DNA from: Ignavibacteriales bacterium
GTDB taxonomy: Bacteria > Bacteroidota > Ignavibacteria > UBA10030
Assembly (NCBI GenBank): GCA_016193365.1
Contig: JACPSI010000120.1
Coordinates: forward strand, 2,640-66,639
Length of the DNA stretch: 64,000 nucleotides
Reading direction: 5' to 3'
Positions 59,161 to 64,000 of the stretch are shown in pieces; within the stretch, counting starts at the first letter, position 1; every line of letters starts with the position of its first letter. The notes below the pieces were generated by a model. The model was given only the letters and a program-made list of their open reading frames with translations, had not been told where the DNA came from and ran no database searches. The translations under genes and the position numbers were made by a program.

Positions 59161-60038
59161 TCGATATTCTGCAGTTGTTCCCGGATTCTTTCCAGCTCTT
59201 CCTTCACCTTAACGACGAGATGGGCCATGGCGGCGTCGTTTGCCTTCGAGCCTATGGTATTTGCTTCACGGTTCATTTCCTGGACGAGAAAATTCAGCTT
59301 TCTGCCAGCCGAGGGCTCTTCTTTCAGTGCCTCAAGGAAAAACTTGTTGTGGCTCCGGTAGCGTACGCATTCCTCGGTCACGTCGAGCTTGTCCGCCAGG
59401 AGCGAAACCTCGAGCTCGAGCCGGCTCTGGTCGATGATGTTTTTATCCGTCAGAAGCTGCGCGACTCTTTCGAGGAGCCGTTTTTTTTCTTCCGGGATGC
59501 GTTCAACGGAGAGTTTTTCAATCTGGCCAATCGCGTCATCCATCCATTGCACACGCCGTTGCAGGTCCGCCGAGAGTTCGGCGCCCTCTTTTTTGCGCAT
59601 CTCCACAAGCTGGAGGAGCGCTACCTTCAGCGCCTCTTCCACCACGTGCCATTCTTTTTCATCGCTTTCCGATTCGTCCGCGGCTTCAAGCACTTCCGAA
59701 AAATTCAGGATGTGTTCGAGCTTTACTTTTTCGCGCAGCTTGATGGCTTTCCTGAGGTCGTTCAGAAGCTTGTAGTACAACCGTGCTGCGGACGCGTTGA
59801 CCTTGAGTGGCGCCGCGCCATTCAGATTTTTTTCGATTTTGACGACGACATTCAGGCTGCCGCGATTGAGTACAGACCGGGCGATTTCTTTGATGTCCCT
59901 CTCGCGTTGCGAAAGAGAACGGGGAAGCCGCGTCGTCACTTCCAGGAACCTGCTGTTCACGCTTCGCGCTTCCACGAGCGCTGAGATGCCCATTTTTGAG
60001 ACTTCGGCCTTGCCAAAGCCCGTCATACTCGCAATCAA
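59157..60038 (-). CDS. yicC: YicC/YloC endoribonuclease
   Basis: SMTGFG, SVNSRFLE, DVTEE..R..SH, GRKLNF..QEMNREANTIGSK, REQLQNIE; start 60026-60077 uncertain. Confidence 0.95.
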   Translation of the reverse strand: MIASMTGFGKAEVSKMGISALVEARSVNSRFLEVTTRLPRSLSQRERDIKEIARSVLNRGSLNVVVKIEKNLNGAAPLKVNASAARLYYKLLNDLRKAIKLREKVKLEHILNFSEVLEAADESESDEKEWHVVEEALKVALLQLVEMRKKEGAELSADLQRRVQWMDDAIGQIEKLSVERIPEEKKRLLERVAQLLTDKNIIDQSRLELEVSLLADKLDVTEECVRYRSHNKFFLEALKEEPSAGRKLNFLVQEMNREANTIGSKANDAAMAHLVVKVKEELERIREQLQNIE

Positions 60039-60217
60039 TGTTTCAATCCGGTCTGTTTTTGATGTCTTTTCATTCAAAATGTACGGAAATTCGGCAGGGT
60101 GAGCAAGGATTAGTTATAGACATCATCTGCACCGGATTGTTCACCCTTTATCCACATGCATGCGTTGCTTTTCCCTCCAAAATTCTTGAATTTTTGCTGG
60201 CCTGTGCATAAGCCGGG

Positions 60218-61885
60218 ATGATAGCCAATTATTACACACTTCTGCACGTTGCTCGAGACCTCGACCAGCGCCTCAGCGGAAAACAGTTCCACGAGATTTT
60301 TTCACAGAACAAGAACGAACTGATCATATGCTGCGGTGAAGAGGATTTTGTTGTTGTCAGCTGCGAGCCGTCCGCGAACTACATTACACATCGCGATTCA
60401 TTTGCGCGGGCGAAAAAGAATTCCGTGAATCTGTTTCAGCCGCTCGTCGGACGCACGATCCGCAGCGTGTCGCTTTCACTCGGGGACCGGGAAGTCATTT
60501 TCCGTACAGATGAGAAAGCAAGCCTCATCGTTCAGATGTTTGGCTCAAAAGCAAACGTGTTCCTGGTGACGACCGATTATACCATACAACAATCTTTCCT
60601 CAAACCAAAAGACTCCGTAGGAACAATCTATGCGCCGCGGCAGAGCATGTACCAGGGCTTTAGTAACGGGAAGGATTTCGGTGCTTCATTGTCGTCGCTC
60701 AAGGATGCGACCGCGCAAACGGCACTGAAGAAAATGTTTCCTCAACTCGGCTCTCTACTCGTTCAAGAATTGATTGACCGCGCCGGAATTCAGGAGGACA
60801 TTAATATTTCCGCCGCACAACACGTTTCCGCCCTCTTCAGCGCATACGTTGACCTGTTGTCGAACCTGACGTCTCGCCCCTCGCCCAGGATCTACTTTGA
60901 CGGCTCACTTCCAAAGGAATTTTCCATTGTGCCTCTCAGTAAACACGCGAATCTTGAGATGCGGACATTTGTTTCCATCCACGAGGCGATTCGCACCTTC
61001 GTGTCCGGCCAGCAGAGGGATAAGCAATTTTGCGAACAAAAAAACGAACTCGCAAAGGTTGTGGCACACGAAGTTGAACGGAGTGAGCGGACCCTCCAAA
61101 AGTTGTCGCAGGAGATGCAGTCAGGCGACCGGGCGAAGGAATACGAAACGATCGGCAAGCTCCTCATGGCAAACCTGGGGGTTGTCCGAAAGGGCTTGAA
61201 GAAAGTTCAACTGGAGAACATTTTCGCCGCTCCTTCATCGACACTCACGATCCAACTTGAACCGGCATTGACTGCCACCCAGAACGCCGAGCGATACTTT
61301 CAGAAATCAAAAAAAGCCCGCTCTGCGCAGGAAGAAAATCATCAGCGGAAGGATCGACTGACGCGGCTTGTCCATGACGGACGCAGACTTCTGACGGAGC
61401 TGGATAATCTCGAGTCGACAGAGGGCCTCCAGAAATTCACAAGCGAGCATCGTGACCTGTTGACCACGTTCGGCGTGAGGCTCAACAGACACGGGAAGCG
61501 ATTACATGAAGAGCGCGTGCCATTCAGAATTTTTACTGTCAGCGGTGGATTCGAGGTCTGGGTCGGAAAAAGCAGCGAGAACAACGACCTGTTGACAGTG
61601 AAGTATGCAAAGCCTAACGACCTCTGGTTCCATGCGCGCGGGTCGAGCGGCTCTCATGTTGTGCTGAAAGTCGGCACAGGGAAAGGCGAGCCCGGCAAAC
61701 AGGCAATCGAGCAAGCTGCGGCCATCGCGGCGTACTACAGCAAAATGAAGAATTCAAAAACCGTCCCCGTCGCCATGACGCAGAAGAAATACGTCCGCAA
61801 GCCACGACGTGCCCCGGCAGGCACTGTGACCATCGAACGTGAAAAACTTTTTTTTGTGGAACCCAAACTCCCGACACCTTTGTGA
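60218..61885 (+). CDS. rqcH: NFACT / RqcH (Rqc2, FbpA-like) ribosome quality control protein
   Basis: DR motif, NAERYFQKSKK, VGKS..NND.LT, DLWFHA..SGSHV, AAYYS, V.KP...PAG.V. Confidence 0.9.
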   Translation: MIANYYTLLHVARDLDQRLSGKQFHEIFSQNKNELIICCGEEDFVVVSCEPSANYITHRDSFARAKKNSVNLFQPLVGRTIRSVSLSLGDREVIFRTDEKASLIVQMFGSKANVFLVTTDYTIQQSFLKPKDSVGTIYAPRQSMYQGFSNGKDFGASLSSLKDATAQTALKKMFPQLGSLLVQELIDRAGIQEDINISAAQHVSALFSAYVDLLSNLTSRPSPRIYFDGSLPKEFSIVPLSKHANLEMRTFVSIHEAIRTFVSGQQRDKQFCEQKNELAKVVAHEVERSERTLQKLSQEMQSGDRAKEYETIGKLLMANLGVVRKGLKKVQLENIFAAPSSTLTIQLEPALTATQNAERYFQKSKKARSAQEENHQRKDRLTRLVHDGRRLLTELDNLESTEGLQKFTSEHRDLLTTFGVRLNRHGKRLHEERVPFRIFTVSGGFEVWVGKSSENNDLLTVKYAKPNDLWFHARGSSGSHVVLKVGTGKGEPGKQAIEQAAAIAAYYSKMKNSKTVPVAMTQKKYVRKPRRAPAGTVTIEREKLFFVEPKLPTPL

Positions 61886-62805
61886 CGTTGCCTCGCGAAA
61901 TCCTTCAACGCATTAAGGAAATCGAGTCCGACACGACGAGCGGTTCTCTTGCAATAACTAGAAAAGCAGCGATCACCGTTCTCCATTTTGTTGTCCGTAT
62001 GCAACACTCCAGACCGTCCGATGTTCGCAGCAACCTCATCCGGATTTCTGAGCGTTTGATTCACGCACAGCCCGCGATGGGCGCGCTTGTAAATCTGGCG
62101 GGAATAATGAGGACTGTTTCGGAGGAATCTGAGGAAAAGAAACTTTCGCAAATCGTCAAAGCCGTTGTAAAAGAGTATGTCCGACAACTTGGCGAATCCT
62201 CTGAAGCGATTTCCCTCTCTGCCTCACGGCTCATAAAAAACAACAGAACGGTGATAACGCATTCTTTCAGCTCTGTTGTCCTTCAAACATTACTGCGCGC
62301 GCATAACCAGGGGAGACGATTTCGAGTGATCTGTACGGAATCGCGTCCTACGCGCGAGGGCTTGACTCTTGCAAAAAAACTCGGCAAACATGGCATTCCC
62401 ACAACCGTGGTGGCGGACGCCGCAGTGTTTTCACATCTTTCAAATGCGGCAAGTGTTCTTGTGGGGGCTGACGCTGTTACACGGAACGCTCTTGTGAACA
62501 AAGTGGGGACGTATCCCATCGCGCTCGCCGCAAAGGTTAAACGAATTCCGTTTTTTGTGCTTTGCTGTTCCCTGAAATTCGTACCGGACCGCCTGATCCC
62601 GTCAACATTCGCTTTACAGAACCCGGAGGAAATCCTGGGTCCGCGGCGGTTCCGCCATGTCACCGCCCGCAATATTTATTTCGATTCAACTCCTCTTGCA
62701 TACATAACTCGAATAATCAACGAAAAAGGCGCGTTCACTCCAGGGAAGTTCACACGCGAAGCTAAATTGTCCATGCGCCCAAACCGTTTTCGGCCCCTTC
62801 CTTGA
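61882..62805 (+). CDS. eIF2B alpha/beta/delta-like (R15P isomerase/MtnA superfamily) protein
   Basis: AQPAM, THSFS, ESRP..EG, VGADAV, NKVGT, NIYFDSTP; GTGA overlap with rqcH. Confidence 0.88.
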   Translation: MTLPREILQRIKEIESDTTSGSLAITRKAAITVLHFVVRMQHSRPSDVRSNLIRISERLIHAQPAMGALVNLAGIMRTVSEESEEKKLSQIVKAVVKEYVRQLGESSEAISLSASRLIKNNRTVITHSFSSVVLQTLLRAHNQGRRFRVICTESRPTREGLTLAKKLGKHGIPTTVVADAAVFSHLSNAASVLVGADAVTRNALVNKVGTYPIALAAKVKRIPFFVLCCSLKFVPDRLIPSTFALQNPEEILGPRRFRHVTARNIYFDSTPLAYITRIINEKGAFTPGKFTREAKLSMRPNRFRPLP

Positions 62806-62830
62806 CTTTCCTCGCGCCTTTCCCTAATTT
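62802..62830 (+). promoter_or_regulatory. Sigma70-type promoter
   Basis: TTGACT-17bp-TAATTT. Confidence 0.5.
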
Positions 62831-62846
62831 TTTTCAAGCGTTTCTT

Positions 62847-64000
62847 ATGTCTTTCCAAACCTCGGCGCGAATCGCGATTTCAGTAGCTTGCTGCTTTTCC
62901 TTCTGGAAGGCTCTGGCCCAACCCGCTTCCGACTACGCACTCGACCCAGACAAAGCCATCAGCCAGTTTCTCCACAAAGTGTGGCAATCGGAGGACGGCC
63001 TACCCCAGAACTCCATTACTTCTCTTCTGCAAACGCAAGACGGCTACTTATGGATTGGAACACTGGAGGGCCTTGTCCGTTTCGACGGCGCACGCTTCAC
63101 CGTTTTTGACAAACGCAATACGCCTGCGCTCAAGAGCAACCGGATTTGGTCCCTGTGTGAAGACCGGCAGCTGAATCTCTGGATCGGAACGGAAAACGGC
63201 GGTCTCACCTGTTTTCACAACGGTTCCTTTGAAACGTTCGATACCTCGGACGGACTGCTCAGTAATACGGTGTTTAAAGTCTACGAGGACCGAAAGGGCA
63301 GCCTCTGGGTCGGGACTTTTGCGGGGTTGAACATCAAAACTAACGGACGCTTTGCCGAGTTCGTCGCGCGCACAGCACTTCCACGAAAACCGGTTTGGGG
63401 CATTTGTGAAGATTTCCGCGGCACGCTTTGGTTTGGCTCTACCGGAATCTATTCACTCGACGGAAATAGATTCGTCCGTCATGCATCGCAAGACTTCAGC
63501 TTGAGCATGGTGTGGGCTTTGCAATTCGACTCAAAGGATAACCTGTGGATAGGTTCCGATCTCGGACTATTAAAATACAAGAACGGAAAATTCTCTTCCC
63601 TTGAATTGACCGAAACGCCCGTCGTCCCTGCAATTCGCTCTCTCCTCCTCGACGCAAAAGGCTCACTCTGGATCGGGACGGACGGAAGAGGACTTTTCCG
63701 CATTAGCAACAACCGGATAAGTACTTACAGTTTGGCAGAAGGCTTATCGAGCAACAGCGTGTACGCATTGATGCAGGATCGTGAGGGGAGCCTGTGGATT
63801 GGGACCAACGGCGGAGGACTGAACCAGGTACGCCGCGCAAAATTCACTTCGTACACAACCCTGGTTGGGCTTTCACACGATTTCGTTTGGTCCGTGTGCG
63901 AGGATCGGAAAAAAAATATCTGGGTTGGCACCTACGACGGACTGACGCGGCTGTCGGGCGGCTCAGCACGCGTGTACTCGCTTGCGGACGGCCTGAGGAA
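62847..64000 (+). CDS. Two-component-regulator beta-propeller sensor protein (runs off window; not in ORF track)
   Basis: MSFQ..ALDPDKAISQF.HKVW.SEDGLPQNSI..LLQTQDGYLWIGT.EGLVRFDG and repeated ED..G.LW.GT blades. Confidence 0.9.
   Translation, partial: MSFQTSARIAISVACCFSFWKALAQPASDYALDPDKAISQFLHKVWQSEDGLPQNSITSLLQTQDGYLWIGTLEGLVRFDGARFTVFDKRNTPALKSNRIWSLCEDRQLNLWIGTENGGLTCFHNGSFETFDTSDGLLSNTVFKVYEDRKGSLWVGTFAGLNIKTNGRFAEFVARTALPRKPVWGICEDFRGTLWFGSTGIYSLDGNRFVRHASQDFSLSMVWALQFDSKDNLWIGSDLGLLKYKNGKFSSLELTETPVVPAIRSLLLDAKGSLWIGTDGRGLFRISNNRISTYSLAEGLSSNSVYALMQDREGSLWIGTNGGGLNQVRRAKFTSYTTLVGLSHDFVWSVCEDRKKNIWVGTYDGLTRLSGGSARVYSLADGLR

Noticed and set aside
59175..59984. 269-aa plus-strand ORF
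   Set aside because: Antisense shadow of yicC

Overview
A 64-kb bacterial chromosomal segment, probably from an Ignavibacteria-like FCB-group organism. This is an inference from the Bat/MoxR operon, the yicC-gmk-rpoZ-coaBC-udg...dnaB order, canonical TTGAC-N17-TAnnnT promoters and GGAGG ribosome-binding sites. Core content: a urate-catabolism cluster (CitE-like enzyme, uraH, puuD) interrupted by a frameshifted DUF559 nuclease, wecB, outer-membrane barrels, a moxR/batA-E operon, tRNA-Val(TAC), tRNA-Gly(CCC), addAB, a STAS/PP2C/CHASE2 signalling module, ndh, dnaB, coaBC, rpoZ, gmk, yicC, rqcH and an eIF2B-like gene. The most unusual signal is intergenic: several families of short palindromic REP-like repeats nested inside one another. 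One 24-35 nt 'CCTG+hairpin' unit is inserted without evident target duplication at five hairpin targets, including the T-loop of an orphan tRNA-Val 3' half. Doublets of a second family keep a 30-bp spacing, and a GIY-YIG gene is surrounded by a third family. Other notable points are a prfB-like UUU-UGA-C +1 frameshift in a PP2C gene, a PuuD lacking its cytochrome c domain, and a probably non-catalytic eIF2B-like gene coupled to rqcH. All family calls come from motif recognition by eye; no searches were run.
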